Assembly (NCBI GenBank): GCA_951406725.2
Contig: OX597837.1
Coordinates: 24,552,001 to 24,616,000, forward strand
From: Octopus vulgaris
Lineage: Eukaryota
Direction: 5' to 3'
Length of the DNA: 64,000 nt
Positions within the stretch are counted from its first letter, which is position 1; each line of letters opens with the position of its first letter. The notes beneath the pieces were generated by a model. That model ran no database searches and was not told the origin of the DNA. It saw only the letters and a program-made list of their open reading frames with translations. Below, piece by piece: positions 1 through 13,044 of the stretch. Both the position numbers and the translations under genes were made by a program.

Positions 1-720
1 GCAAAATGTCCAGGAAAATGGCAGCAATGGGAGAGCAGTTGTTTACTGCGGTGTTTAATCAAGGTTGATTTAGAAATTAAACACAACAACCACCACTGCA
101 TGTCAAAGTGCATGGCATGCACCTTAAATGAGACAGATGCACAACTTACATGGAATGTTGGGTCTGTAGATCACACCCAGTCAATCAACTATTTATGTGC
201 CGTGGGTCTGCTCAGTACAATCAGTATTGAATGGCATATGTGACATCAAGGTTACATTGTCCTCAATGATCATAGTGGTTTGCCTTGGCTAAAGACAGTA
301 AGTGTAATACTAAGGCTTTGATATATTAAACTAAACCATGGCCAGAACTGTATCACAATTCCATTTAATATAAAACAGACAAAAAAAAAATAACACTAAA
401 ACATTCAGATTACTAATTCAGCAGACCAAAAGTAGCCAAGCTAACGAGGGCTGCCTTTATAATTAACAGGTCACAACCATCATCATCATTCAACGTCCGC
501 TTTCCATGCTAGCATGGGTTGGATGATTTGACTGAAGTCTGTCGAACCATTTTACTATTTTATAAATGGAAGAACACGTTGTATAAGGGAGTCTTGGATA
601 CAATATCTGAAAATAGGCTGAGCTGGTCATGGCTGGAGCATATTTGAAACAGAGCTGATCTGAATTGAGAGGTGGAAGATGAGTAGCACACAAAAAAGAC
701 AGTTGAAAGATTATACTCAC

Positions 721-833
721 TTTTGTAAGAATAGCTTTATCAACATTTAAGCTGCCAAGTTTCCCCCAGCTTCTTGGATTCAAACTTGGTAAAAAAGAAC
801 TCTTTGTGGATGTGGCAGATTTAAATTCTTTAC
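721..833 (-). CDS. TRIP12: TRIP12 coding exon 21 (KSSFLPSLNPRSWGKL...)
   Basis: 113 nt, phase 1-0, donor GTGAGT, conserved SSFLxSLNPxxWG. Confidence 0.94.
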
Positions 834-1129
834 CTACAATGAGTAGAATCATTAATAAAAGTGGTTGGTCAAAGAAGAGAATATGTCTGGGTTATCGAGA
901 AGGAACAATTACTGAGATTGACTGCTATACGGAAGGGTAGACCACTAACAATACGAAGAAAGGGAAAGAAGCAGGTACACAAAGAATAGCCAACAAAATG
1001 TTTAAAATATCTGACAAAGATATAGCTATAGATTCATTCTGCAACAAAAATAATTTCAGAACCATTATTCTAAAAGAAATGACACGTTGGATAAAATAGT
1101 TCTAGATATAATATTCCTGACAACACACA

Positions 1130-2370
1130 CACAAATAAAAAGACTGAATGGGCAAAGCACGATTTCCTTTGAAGGGTAAAACAGGGCTGATCGTGTATAA
1201 AAATCAGTCAGACAGTACAGGGAAGTGTTATCTCCCTTGGTATAAGCTGCCGCAATAGCAGCATGAACTACTCACAAGTGTCATGAAAGATGCTTGCAGA
1301 GTAACTAGAGAGGCATTAGGCTGGCAGAAAGTGACTGCTCAGCTAAACAAGGAGAAAACTAGTTCGGGCAAGATGCAGTTTGGGTTTTTGAGCCAGTAAT
1401 TAAGTTAATTGTAGAATTTCTTAGCCAAGAACAAACAACTACATTTAGAATTCATTAACTTGGGAGAAATTGTTTGAAAGGGTAAAACATTCCAAGGAGT
1501 AAAGATATGTGAAGCTTGCATTGTCAGAGCAATGAAATCAGTAAGGAATTTAGCACACAAAAAGGTATCTATCGGGTATCAGTTTTCAACCCACTCTTAT
1601 TTATAATAGTTGTCCAGGCTATAACATGCTGATAGTTTTGTAGCTTGCACCAAGAGAGATAACACTTCCCTGTACTGCCTGACTGGTTTTTCTTGAAAAA
1701 CTATTCTGACAACTTAGTCAAAAAATAACAGCTAAGTTCCTTTAAATAGAATCAAAAAACAAGAGACTTCTGTAGCCCCATTCAGTTGAAGGGGATCTAA
1801 GTCCTGCAAAGCTGCATGGCGATCTCACTGGTGCTGGTGTCACAAAAAAAAGCATCCAGTATTCTTTGTAAAGTGGTTGGTGAGAAGGTTCATTCTAGCC
1901 ATACAAACCATGCTGAAGCAGGGGAAGTGTCAGGTCCTGTCAAACTCATGCCAGCATGGAAGATGGATATTAAAAGATGATGAAGTAGGTAGAAAGTCTG
2001 TACTCTGACAGTACTCAATGCTAACAAGTACACAAAAGGCACAGTGGAATGTTAGACAGGCTGACAAGAAAGATTTCATTGGTAAAAAATACACAAGAGT
2101 GACAAGCAATAAGAGAAATCAAAAGAGAAAATTCAACTCCACAGAAACCTCTTTAGATGTAGTTACCTTCTGTTACCAAAGTGACCTAATCAAAAGTAGG
2201 TGTTGTGAAAGCTTGACAACAAAGGGCTTATTTCTCCATATGAAGACAACCTTTAGGATACTTGTGTGCAAAGTGTGACATTATATAGCGGCAAGGGGGT
2301 ATGTGAAAGATAGAACTGAAATAAGACAAGCATTCTCTGTTGGATATGAGAAGAATGAAAATTAGATGAA
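1130..2370 (+). mobile_element. Degraded RTE-like LINE RT fragment, interrupted by a GAT-tailed repeat (~1780-1983)
   Basis: RT-like remnants (atgcagtttgggttt MQFGF; ggtatctatcgggtatcagttttcaacccactcttatttata resembling GxHQGSVLSPLLF) with many stops; boundaries approximate. Confidence 0.55.
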
Positions 2371-3202
2371 AACCTGTTAACACAAAAAGGCTGCTCTCAT
2401 GCATTTTCCATTTCCATTATGACAAAATAATTGTCTCTGTAGGTTTGTTTTTGTTCAGAATTCTAAAATAAAAGTGAATTCCTGTATTTCAGTGCCATAG
2501 CCTTTGTGCTGTTTTCTCATAACTGAGTCTGCCACTCCACCACCATAAAGGGGGCTACCTAACTTAGCAGTTGTTCCCTAATTAGTGAGTATGAAAGTAA
2601 CTGGTTGGGACAAAATGTAGAAAGGAAGAAAGTTCTTGCAGTAAGAAGGATTTGAAGAAAGAGTGGATGAAAAGTAATTAATATCAGTTCTGAGAAAATG
2701 GAAGAATAGTGATGGAGTCAAGGTGACTGACAAGAGGAGAAAAAACCGGGGCCCATACAGAAAGAAATAGAACAGAGACTGTTGTAAAGGTGGTCAGAAA
2801 AACAAAGAGATAGGCCTAACAATATAGTGTATGGGGCTTAGATACATCTGAAAACTGATGCAGAAGCTCTTTAAGGGAGCATTAGTAAAACAAGAAACTC
2901 TTATTCTGGAATGTGTTCTGTTTACCAACAAGTCAGAGCTTTTATGAGATCACTCACCCTGCCAAGAAATATTGGCCAAGTCTATTCTAAATCACACTCT
3001 ATAGAGACAGGACACATTGGACAATATATAGTACTAGATACACCATGTCTGAAAAGCGCGGGGGAGGGGGGAACAATACACTTGAAGCTGAAATAACAAT
3101 GTGTGTTATTAATCACCACAGCCACCAAAGAACTTAGAAAAAAGTGGGTGGTGGGAAGAAACATTTACTTTAAAAAAATAAAAAATAAAAGTAATATCTC
3201 AC

Positions 3203-3351
3203 TGGCTGAAGCTTTTCCACGACTAGATGATCGGCTCCCACACAAACTGGGACTTTTTACTCCGAGATCATTAGCATCATCAGTTTTATTTCCCTTCTTT
3301 GTTGGTCCACGCTTTGATGGCTTCTTCCTCTTCAAGACATCACTAAGTCGT
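3203..3351 (-). CDS. TRIP12: TRIP12 coding exon 20 (RLSDVLKRKKPSKRGP...)
   Basis: 149 nt, phase 2-1, conserved RLSDVLKRK. Confidence 0.94.
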
Positions 3352-3502
3352 CTACAAAGACAGGTAATTGAAACATTTTCAGAGTATTTACCAAAACAAA
3401 TATCTCGACAACACAGTCAATAACTATGCCTACCTGGGTATACTATCAGGTTAAAACTTCCATAGGCTAATGGGTGGTTTAACTTAAAAAAAAAAAAAAA
3501 AG

Positions 3503-3822
3503 GGGCACTCCATCGGATATGATGACGAGGGTCCCAGTTGATTCAAACAATGGAACACCCTGCTCATGAAATTAATGTGCAAGTGGCTGAGCACTCTCCA
3601 GGAACACATACCCTTAATACATCTCTCAGGAAGATTCAGCTTGACACAGAATGTGGCATGGCCGGTCCTATTGAAATACAGGTCCAACTCATTTTTGCCA
3701 GCTGAGTGAACTGGAGCAATGTGAAATAAAGTGCCTTGCTCAAGGACATAACGTGCCACCAGGTGTTGAACTCACGACCTTACAACTGTGAGCCCCTAAC
3801 CACTAAGTCATGTGCCTTCACT
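3503..3822 (-). mobile_element. tRNA-derived SINE (family with ccttgagcaaggcactttatttcac core)
   Basis: A/B-box-like head on the minus strand; related copies at ~40505-40770 (-), ~48998-49150 (+) and ~10320-10410 (-). Confidence 0.75.
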
Positions 3823-5579
3823 CAGTGGTTAAACTTGCATGAAACAAGAATAACCAAATAAGAATGTAACACTGTTCCCATCTATTTTTAGTCATTAGAA
3901 AAAGAGGTACTTAAAAAAATATAGTTACCGACTGACAAACATCAGCCAGATACAAATTTAATATACTTATATCCTACTTTTTTTTAAACAAAAAACTCAT
4001 TTAAAAATTATTTAAATTTATAGAAAAAAAATAAACAGAAATTTACAGTTGCATATAAACAAAAGCTAAAATAAAAATAATTTTCCTTGTTTGTACTGAG
4101 TCACAAAAATCACTTCTAATAACTGAGGAATTATAACTTTACAAAACTAAGTGTATATTGCCCCTGCTGCAATCTCTAGCCAAACCAGCTGATCTTCAAA
4201 AGTGAAGTCTAGAGCAAGATCAATGATACATAACCCTACTATTCTGACTACTAGTAGCTACCCTGAAGACCATACCCAAACTGCCATACAGAACACACAG
4301 ATACCTTCATACAAAACACAGTGTAACAACATCTAGTGAAAACACTAAATCTTTGTTATGTTATGTTAGTGTTAATAGTAATAGGGAATATCAAAAAACT
4401 GTCTGGAAAATATGAGGCAACTGTCGTTTAAATTATTTCAAACAGGTCTAAAGCAGAATCTACAGGACTTTTTGCTTACCCAGGAATATAAATAACATTT
4501 TTTTTTTTTGTTTTGCTCAGACAGCGATAACAAGATGTAAAATGACATTCACAAACAAACGTGTTTTAAAATTTTTTTTGCATTTTCTGTCCAATTCCAC
4601 TCATAGGACAATGCTCAACCCAAAGCTAGAATTGAAGTAATTTGGCTGAGGTATTGTGCAGTGATATCAAACATGAAACTAAGTCAGTACAAAACAAATT
4701 TCCTAACTATATAACCACACCCGCATGTATGTAAGCATGAACACACAAACATATACACACATTCACACACACAAATATGTGTGCAATTATATAAACATAC
4801 CTATAAAATTATACATATATACATTCTCAGATATATACATATATATATATAAGCACTGATACATATTCATACATATATACATACATTCACATATACACAC
4901 TATTTTATCCCATGCACTTGTATACAATAGCAACATTTTGTTGAAACAATCACATGACAATCACTGGTGCACTTTATTTCCCATGATGAAGCTAGCAAGC
5001 TGAGTTTATTCTATATGCTGGTAGCCAAGTTCAGAAAGCTCCTAGATGTAGCATGGTCTTGACACTAGGTACTAACAGGATCTACCAAGTGGCATTTGGG
5101 TAAATGTTTTCAGCTACAGCCTCAAGCCAACCGAAGTCTCGAGGATGGATTTGGTTGGCGGGAGTTCCCATCACGTGTATACATGTAAGTAAATGTGCTT
5201 CTGTCTCTTATAATAGACAGGAGGGAAAATACTGTTATGGCAGCATAGTTCCAAGCCCTGCTGGTCTGTGGCTTATTTACATATTGTAGAATATTGTTAC
5301 AGGAATCTGACTCCTGTTATAGTACACTTGACAGTAAGGACTTAACAAGCTCTGTTCCATGAACTTCAAGGACCTCAAGAGCTTTTGTTTGGACTGAATT
5401 CAGCATTCCGTACATGTTATGAATAATATTTCTTCAGAATACAGAATTATGCTACGATGCTGGAGACTTGTACAAAGTACACAGTGGCTTTTATCTGAAT
5501 TTAGTTTGTTCATGATGTTGCATGGAACTCCAGTCTCTAGTGTAGCCATGTTACACAAGGCAGAGATGTGCTCATCCTA

Positions 5580-6468
5580 TACGAGATAGTATCAAAGCAT
5601 TCCCAGACTACTTTTGTATCGTGCCAACAGATGGTAGCACATGGTTGCCTGTGCAGTGAGTGCTAGCAGTGATCTTCATGAGGCAGTGTGCTGAGTGACA
5701 TTGCTATGTTTACTTCACAAGATGTGAAATTTATTTTTGTGATCACTTGCATACTGTAGTCTGCAACTTTTGTCACAAACAAGATGCTGGAACAAAGAGC
5801 CAATGTGAAATTTTGTGTTAAACTTGGGAAGTCTATTACAGACATTGAACATGTTTTAGCAAGCTTACAGCAATGTGGAAATGGGTTGTATGCAATGTTT
5901 TGAGAGGCACAGGTGCTTCAAAAGCAGAAGAACGTCCCTGGGAGATAAATAATCTGGAAGATTTGCTACGAGCATCACCCATAGAAATGTGGGAGAAAAT
6001 TCATCAGCTTGTGCATGATGATCAGCGGAGGACAATCGACAACATTGCTGATGTTGATGGTCTGTCGTATGGGTCTGTGCTGGCAATCCTAATGTCTGGA
6101 TTCTTCATGACAACAATGCACCCTCTCACTGAGCTCTTTACACTTGTGAGTTTCTCATCAAAACAACATGGTACTGCTTCTGCACCTGCCCTATTCGCTA
6201 GATTTAGCACATACAGACTTCCATCTCTTCCCCAAGATGGAATTGTAGCTCAAAGGCCACTGTTTTAACGCTGTTGTCAAGATCAAGAGTAAATCACAGA
6301 GGGTCTACAACTCTCTCATGGAAAACTTCCAGGCCAGATTCCAAAAGTGGCAGGAACTCTGGGACCAGTGTATTGCTGCACAAGGTGCCTATTTCGAAGG
6401 AGATGATGTTAAAACTTAGGTAAATAAGTTATCTCAATCTGCACTTTTTTTTTTATAGGAAGCCCTAT
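5580..6468 (+). mobile_element. Degenerate, internally deleted mariner (DD34D-type) transposon
   Basis: N-terminal EQRANVKFCVKLGKS HTH start, HDNxAPSH and PYSLDLAHTDFHLFPKM (YSPDLAPxD motif) across frameshifts; ends approximate. Confidence 0.85.
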
Positions 6469-6547
6469 AAGTAGTTCTCAGAGTACATGTCAAAATTTGA
6501 AAGCCCTTTTTCTTGATAAAAACCATTGCATTGCGCCTTAGTAGTCA

Positions 6548-6774
6548 TTAACCCTTTTGTTACTATATTTCTTTTGGTAAACACTGACTTTGTTTCAAGT
6601 GATTTCAGAAACGATGAAGAATTTAGCAAAAATAATTATTATTAAGCAGGTGTTTGGAACATAGATTAACGTGAAATCTTTAATGTTAGGTTTGAATTAA
6701 AAACACTTCAAAACAGTAAATACGTATCACTGAACTAGGAGCAGTTTCAGGAGTGTTAGTATCAAAAGGGTTAA
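6548..6774. mobile_element. piggyBac-type MITE
   Basis: TTAA|CCCTTT...AAAGGG|TTAA termini; similar to 20850 and 59030 copies. Confidence 0.75.
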
Positions 6775-8175
6775 GGTGCAAGGTACCCAATGATGAGAAG
6801 ACCCATTAAAGCTGCTGCAGGGTTATTTTCCGCTTAGTGATCTTGTTCATCCAAAGCAAAAAGTTACAATCTGCTTTCACAGCTGATGACTTAATAATAT
6901 ATGAAAAGTGAGGAGGAAATGCCAGAGGTACTTGAAACGTTTAAAGAATTCCATTCAACAGGAAAGGACTGCAGCACACTAAAGTAACACACAAACACTC
7001 GACAAGCAACAGATATGCAGCTTCAGTCGTATTAGTCAGCCTGACTTTTTTTCAAAATAAATACATACACTAATATAAACACATACATGCATACATTACT
7101 CATGCACAAACATCCACAATTATATACAATGGAATCCAATCAATTGGCAAAGCTTCAGTTTCTAATATCCACAACAATAATATGATCCTTTGTCTTTGTT
7201 ATTACTTCTACAATTCCTGATCCTCTGATTTAAAAAAAAAAAAAAATTCATGTCTAGCATACAAACAAAACCCAACCCCTTTTCTAACTTCATCTTACAC
7301 ACAAAACTCTGTATGAAATACTACATCTAAATCTACAACCTTCAGAAACTCACTTTATGCATACAAACTATATTCACTTCGTGAATACAAACTGTACAAA
7401 AAGCCTGTAAGCACTGGCCCTCCTTCCTATGTTCAAACTTAAAAAGCAATAAGGTTTTAAGTAATATATTTGGCTGTTATTAGAAGGAAGCGTAACATTT
7501 CGTCTGAGCTAAGCAAAAATGATTAAATGACCTTGCATGTAGCCATCTTCAGAGTGAAATACTGAAGTAAAGTTAAACAATGTGTTAGGTGAACAAATAA
7601 ATGGACTTTCTGATCATATCTTAACAAAATGCTCCTTGCCAACTGATCACAATAGTCTGCTTTTATTCAGGCTATAAAAATAATCTCTGACAAGAACACG
7701 GGCTAAGATCTGTATGTTCACTAAAACACTTGTATTAACCTTACCATGATACTTCTGAATATAGCTACATGAAGTGCTAAGGACTCAGAAAATTGCTTTT
7801 CTTCACTTCACATAAAAATCTACTAATCCCTGTTGCAATTGTTTTTTAGTTATTTTACTAAATAAATGCATCGCTAAAGAATAAAACAGTTCAATTTTAG
7901 TTAGGTCTTTCTAGTTGTGCATTTAAAAACACATGCTCACACACACACATACACAGAAATATATATAAAACAAAATATAAAATATTTTAATTGTTGCTAG
8001 ATTCTCAATTTTAGTTAATTTGTAGTTGACTATCATTAGAATGTGATGAGTGTTGTGCTCAAATTATGAGGTATTTAGAAACCAAAATCATGCAATGAGT
8101 GCCCAACTTGCTTCACTACTTTTCATCTAGTGTTAATATGAAGAAATCAAGAAGTTTCCAAGAACCAAAACTCAC

Positions 8176-8241
8176 AAAAAAGGCCCCCGGGATCCACTGC
8201 CCACAGGCTCCATGTCGAAGATTCTGGGTAATTCCAGTTGT
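8176..8241 (-). CDS. TRIP12: Candidate alternative cassette exon of TRIP12 (QLELPRIFDMEPVGSGSRGPF)
   Basis: 66 nt GC-richer island, ttgcag acceptor, GTGAGT donor, phase 2-2 like its host intron, open in the TRIP12 frame. Confidence 0.65.
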
Positions 8242-10477
8242 CTGCAATGGTTTACATTTACAAGAATGAGAACGAAGGTGTATGCTAATAACTGAATTAT
8301 TTTATTTTAAAGCTTTTTTACATTAATATCAAAATGATTTTAAATCTTAACACTTCCACCATGATGGTCCCTAAGTTATTGAAATTATTCAACTTTAGAG
8401 AGTATCCCTTCCCTGTCATTTCCTAATACAAGTTAGATATATAAGAGAAATCATTATATAATAACTAATCTAACCTTAGTTTATTAGCAGTCTAAAGATT
8501 AAAAATGGACAAATTACATTTATCTGAACACTATCTTTTAAAATTCCTAGAAATCACATACTATTCTGGAAAAAAAAAGCTCTGCCTTAACTAGAAATGT
8601 ATTTTCAAAGTGAGAAATTGTTAATATATTAACTGACTTTGAAATCAATTATTTTCATGTAAACCAGGAATGGGAATATCATTAAAGAGTTTTTTTTTTT
8701 TGCTTTTTTTTCCTTTCTTATCAGTCTCATTGTCTTGAGATTTGAAACTGATGAAAGATATACTTTTTAAAAACTGAAAATGATGGTGGTGAGTCTTGAT
8801 TCAAAATTCAATTCAAAAGGAAAACTCCAATAAAATAAAATTTTAAACTGATAATTTTATATTATATAGATATATAATAGAATTTCAAACTAAAAGGAAA
8901 AAAATCCCATACTTGAATTAAATATATTAACTAAGAAATATAAGAACTCCTATATAGATATAACCAATATTTCAAAATTCAAAGAATACACAACTCAACA
9001 AAAATAAAATTTTGCAAAGAATAGTTGCTGCCAGTGGTGTATGCATTCCTTAATAAAATTAACAAAATTGCATATCTTACTCTTGTTATTTTCTGAAATC
9101 ACTATGTTAAGAAAATTGGAAAAGAATTCTCAACAGCTTCAATACTTAGAATTAGGATGGTGTTGAATAAGATAAGTTCTAGCAGTGCCACACCAAGGCT
9201 ACCAACAACTGGTTAGAACCAGTAAGATTGTTACCAGAGCGCTATCAGCCTCAGTTTAGTTAGAAAAAGTGGTATATAAGCAAGACTTAATGGCATTCCT
9301 ACATTTCTTACGATTCAAACAACACAAAATGGGTAAAGTTGGTAATAAATTTATGGAAGAATTATTAAGTTTTATTTAAGTAGGATTCAAGTCTATATCC
9401 CTTGTCTTATTATAAGGCAAGACATATTGAAGTGTACCACAGTTTTCATGACATTAAACTGTAGAGAAACATCTTCGCTACAGAGGAACATCACACTGCA
9501 AGCTAATGAAAGGCAACTTATTCGGTAGTACCTTCACTAAATAAAGCAATGAAAAATATCTCAACACCACTAACTTGATTGAGTCATTAACAGTTAAACG
9601 CTTTTGTAAGAAACAAAGTTCTATTGACGATAACTACACGAGCAACTCATTTTATTCTGAGATACTATAAAATTCTTTCTTGGATTTCATTCACATAAAT
9701 TTTTTTATTTTTCTATGCTAACATGGGTTAGTCTAATGTTATTGTGACATTCTACAGCCATATGTCCTTCCATTAGGTAACCCTTACCTATTTTCCAAGT
9801 AAGAGATCTCTTATTCTACATGGCTACAACAGTGTGAAGCAAACAGATAAGCTGACAAAAGTGAGAAGAAAACTGCTTGCAGGTTTTGATTTTTTAAGTA
9901 AGTACAAATGTAAACACACACATACAACGGCTTTCTTTCAGTTTTCCCCTACTAAATCCACTCACATGGCTTTGGCTGTCCTAGGGCTATAGCAGAAGAT
10001 ACTTGCCCAAGGTGCCACATGGTGGGACTGAACCCAGAACCATGTGATTGGGTTACAAATTTCTAAACCACAGACACACATGCACTTAATTGTAGGAATT
10101 ATGGTATGTTCTTGAGATCTAGCAGCTAGGAGGCTTAACTGGCTAGTTTGAGAATGGGAATCCTGGTAATGCAAAAGTTTCGACCAGCAGCACAAAATTA
10201 CCACTGATGTACAGTTGTCACTTGAAAGTGAGTACATACTTGGTAACATGTACGATGCATTCATTAAATGTTTTGGTTGCCTCTGTAGTAGCAAACAGGT
10301 TAACTGACCAGGGTAACATAAAATGAAGTACCTTGCTCAAGGACTCAGTGCAACACCCGGTGCAGGAATTTTAACCCCAACCTTATGATTGTGAGCCAAA
10401 CCATCTAAAAATTAATCCACGTTGTGCAGTCATGCAACAATTGGCAAAATATTCTATTAAATAAACAAAAAATCTAA

Positions 10478-10699
10478 TCTGATCGTGGCCGTTGCCAGCC
10501 TCGCTTGGCACCTGTTCCGGTGGCACGTAAAAAGCACCCACTACACTCTCGGAGTGGTTGGCGTTGGGAAGGGCATCCAGCTGTAGAAACACTGCCAGAT
10601 CAGACTGGAGCCTGGTGCAGCCTTCTGGCTTCCCAGATCCCCGGTCGAACCGTCCAACCCATGCTAGCATGGAGAACGGACGTTAAACGATGATGATGA
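10478..10699 (+). mobile_element. GAT-tailed retroposon repeat (ggcgttaggaagggcatccagctgtagaaac...ggacgttaaacgatgatgatg)
   Basis: Many copies in the window: + at ~12510-12666, 26515-26575, 49290-49590, 61283-61546; - at ~478-545, 13380-13620, 17770-17980, 25500-25790, 28370-28520, 29760-29910, 36760-36900, 52165-52280. Confidence 0.85.
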
Positions 10700-11023
10700 C
10701 AAGTGGGGAAAAAAGTACTGTGTAAGTTAGCCAAGGCCTTCCTTGGTTACTGACAGCAAGAATCAGTGTATGACGAGATTCTTTGTCAGACCAACAGATA
10801 AAAAACATATTTCAGTATATGTTTGTTTTTAAAGGAGCAACAAATCAAATATTTCCTTTTTTTTTTATTCATTGCTGTTGTACCATACAATTGCAAATAG
10901 AATCTTTCACAATTGTTATCTAATAAGTACTATTCAGATAAGCAGCAGCTATGAGTATTTTAATGCATACACAACACATGAGGCAGCAATTAAGAGTTAA
11001 CTTATAGATGAAAAAAAACTTAC

Positions 11024-11234
11024 ATTTGAGAACTGTGTTCTTCTGATTCCCCTGTAGCTCCTACTGTTACCATGCTGAAGTAGGAATCTTTCCGCTCAAT
11101 GGCATCAGCATTACTACTACTGAGACTCGAACTTGAGCCTGATGCTGAACCAGGGGCAACAGTATTGCCTTTTGGAAGAGAAGATGCACTTTGGACTTCG
11201 ATTTCTGTTAACTTCTTTATCTGGTGCATAACTC
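11024..11234 (-). CDS. TRIP12: TRIP12 coding exon 19 (GVMHQIKKL...HSSQ)
   Basis: 211 nt, phase 1-2, donor GTAAGT. Confidence 0.94.
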
Positions 11235-12187
11235 CTAGAAAACAGAAATTCATTTTAAAAGCCACAGGATCCATTATTACAAAATGTATTAACTTACACA
11301 ACACCACAACAGAAACAAATGATTAATAAATGATTGGTTTAAAAAATTTCCCTGAGATAGAGACATTCTTTTGAGATGAGATATCTAAACAACAACTGTC
11401 TGTTTCTACTTATACAGCAACAACAAACAGAACAATTCTATTTCATTGCTCATGATGGTCTTGTTAAGTACTCTAATACATGATGACACTGGACGATTGT
11501 CTACCCTAAAGATAACTTAGGGTTTATAGAGAAAAAATAATAAAAATATCTTAGAATACAAATTGAAAAAATAAAACCATGGCAAGTTTTATCTTCAATA
11601 AAGAAACCTCACTGACTGCCATTGTTTAGTTATCAATCCTATTAACTACACAAAAACTAACATAACAGTAGGAATTTTTCATATCTATGGCGATGAAATA
11701 GTAAACTTTAAAATCTAACCCTTAAAAAGCCAATTCTCCCCTTCTTGGCAGAGTACTGTATTGACTTTATATACATCAGGTAAGAAGCCCAATGCATATA
11801 CAACACAAGTGGGTTTGATGCATCAGAGATATTACAATAAAATCACATCTCCTCTAACATCACATCAAAAGGTACTTGTATGAAGTCGGATGTCTGCCAA
11901 AGCTAAATGCACATGATCAAATTAAATGTCCAGAAAACGGGAAAAGACAATTTACATTACATCCAGACAAAGTCGACCTTGGTGGAATTTGAACTCAGGA
12001 CGTAAGGATGGATGAAATGCTAAGCACTTTGCCTAGCATGCTAATGATTCTGCCAGCTTGCAAGACACACAATGTAAAAGATAAATAATATACACTGGCT
12101 GGAGAGGCATTTTTATAAAAAATATAAATACTGAGATATTTAAAAATACAACGCAAAATATATGCAAAGGATAAGTTTATTACAAAC

Positions 12188-12306
12188 CTTCTCGCCTAAA
12201 GTAAATGCTGAATATGTCTGGAAGTTTCTGCATGAGAACATCAGCCATTTGTATGGCACCAACAACTACCTTTAAATCTTGTGAAGCCATCATAGCTGCT
12301 ATGTGA
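12188..12306 (-). CDS. TRIP12: TRIP12 coding exon 18 ([21 protein letters not shown]...YFRRE)
   Basis: 119 nt, phase 2-1. Confidence 0.96.
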
Positions 12307-13012
12307 CTAAAATAATAGAAAAATATTGGGTGTCAAACAGGCAGCTCAAGTCATTTTATTTTGATTGTGAAACAAACTGAGTATGTTATAAGTAGGACCA
12401 ACGTAAACAGGTTATATACAGGAGCAAATATACATTATTAATTGCAACCAAGTCAATGTTTGTGATTCTACATCATGTGTGTGTGTATAAGCACAGGTAT
12501 GTGTGTTTGGCATTAGGAAGGGCATTGGAGTTAGGAAGGGCATCCAGCCGTAGAAACATTGCCAGATCAGACTGGGCCTGGTGCAGCCTTCTGGCTTCCT
12601 GGACCCCAGTTGAACCGTCGAACCATTGCCAGCATGGAAAGCGGATGCTAAACGATGATGATGATGGTTATGTAATCTTGGGTTCAGTCCAATTGTGTGG
12701 CATCATGGCCAAGTGTTTTCTACTATAGCCTCCGGCTGACCAAAGTCTTGTGAACAGATTTGGTAGATGGAAAGTGAATGTGTGTGCCCTTTTCTTGACT
12801 TCACATGATAATTGTAAATAAGAATCATCATCATAGAAGTGAGGTTGTTCCTCTACAGTCTTTTGTGAAAAACATGTTTGGCCATGGGCGAATATTACTT
12901 TCCTTAGAAACCGGTGAGGGCTGACGACAGGAAGAGTATCCAGCCGTACAAAATCTGCCTCAATAAAATTTGTCAAACCCATGCAAGCATGGAAAAATGG
13001 AGGTAAAACATG

Positions 13013-13044
<32 letters not shown>

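Noticed and set aside
5873-6268. Intact or domesticated transposase gene
   Set aside because: Mariner remnant has frameshifts, stops and a large internal deletion.
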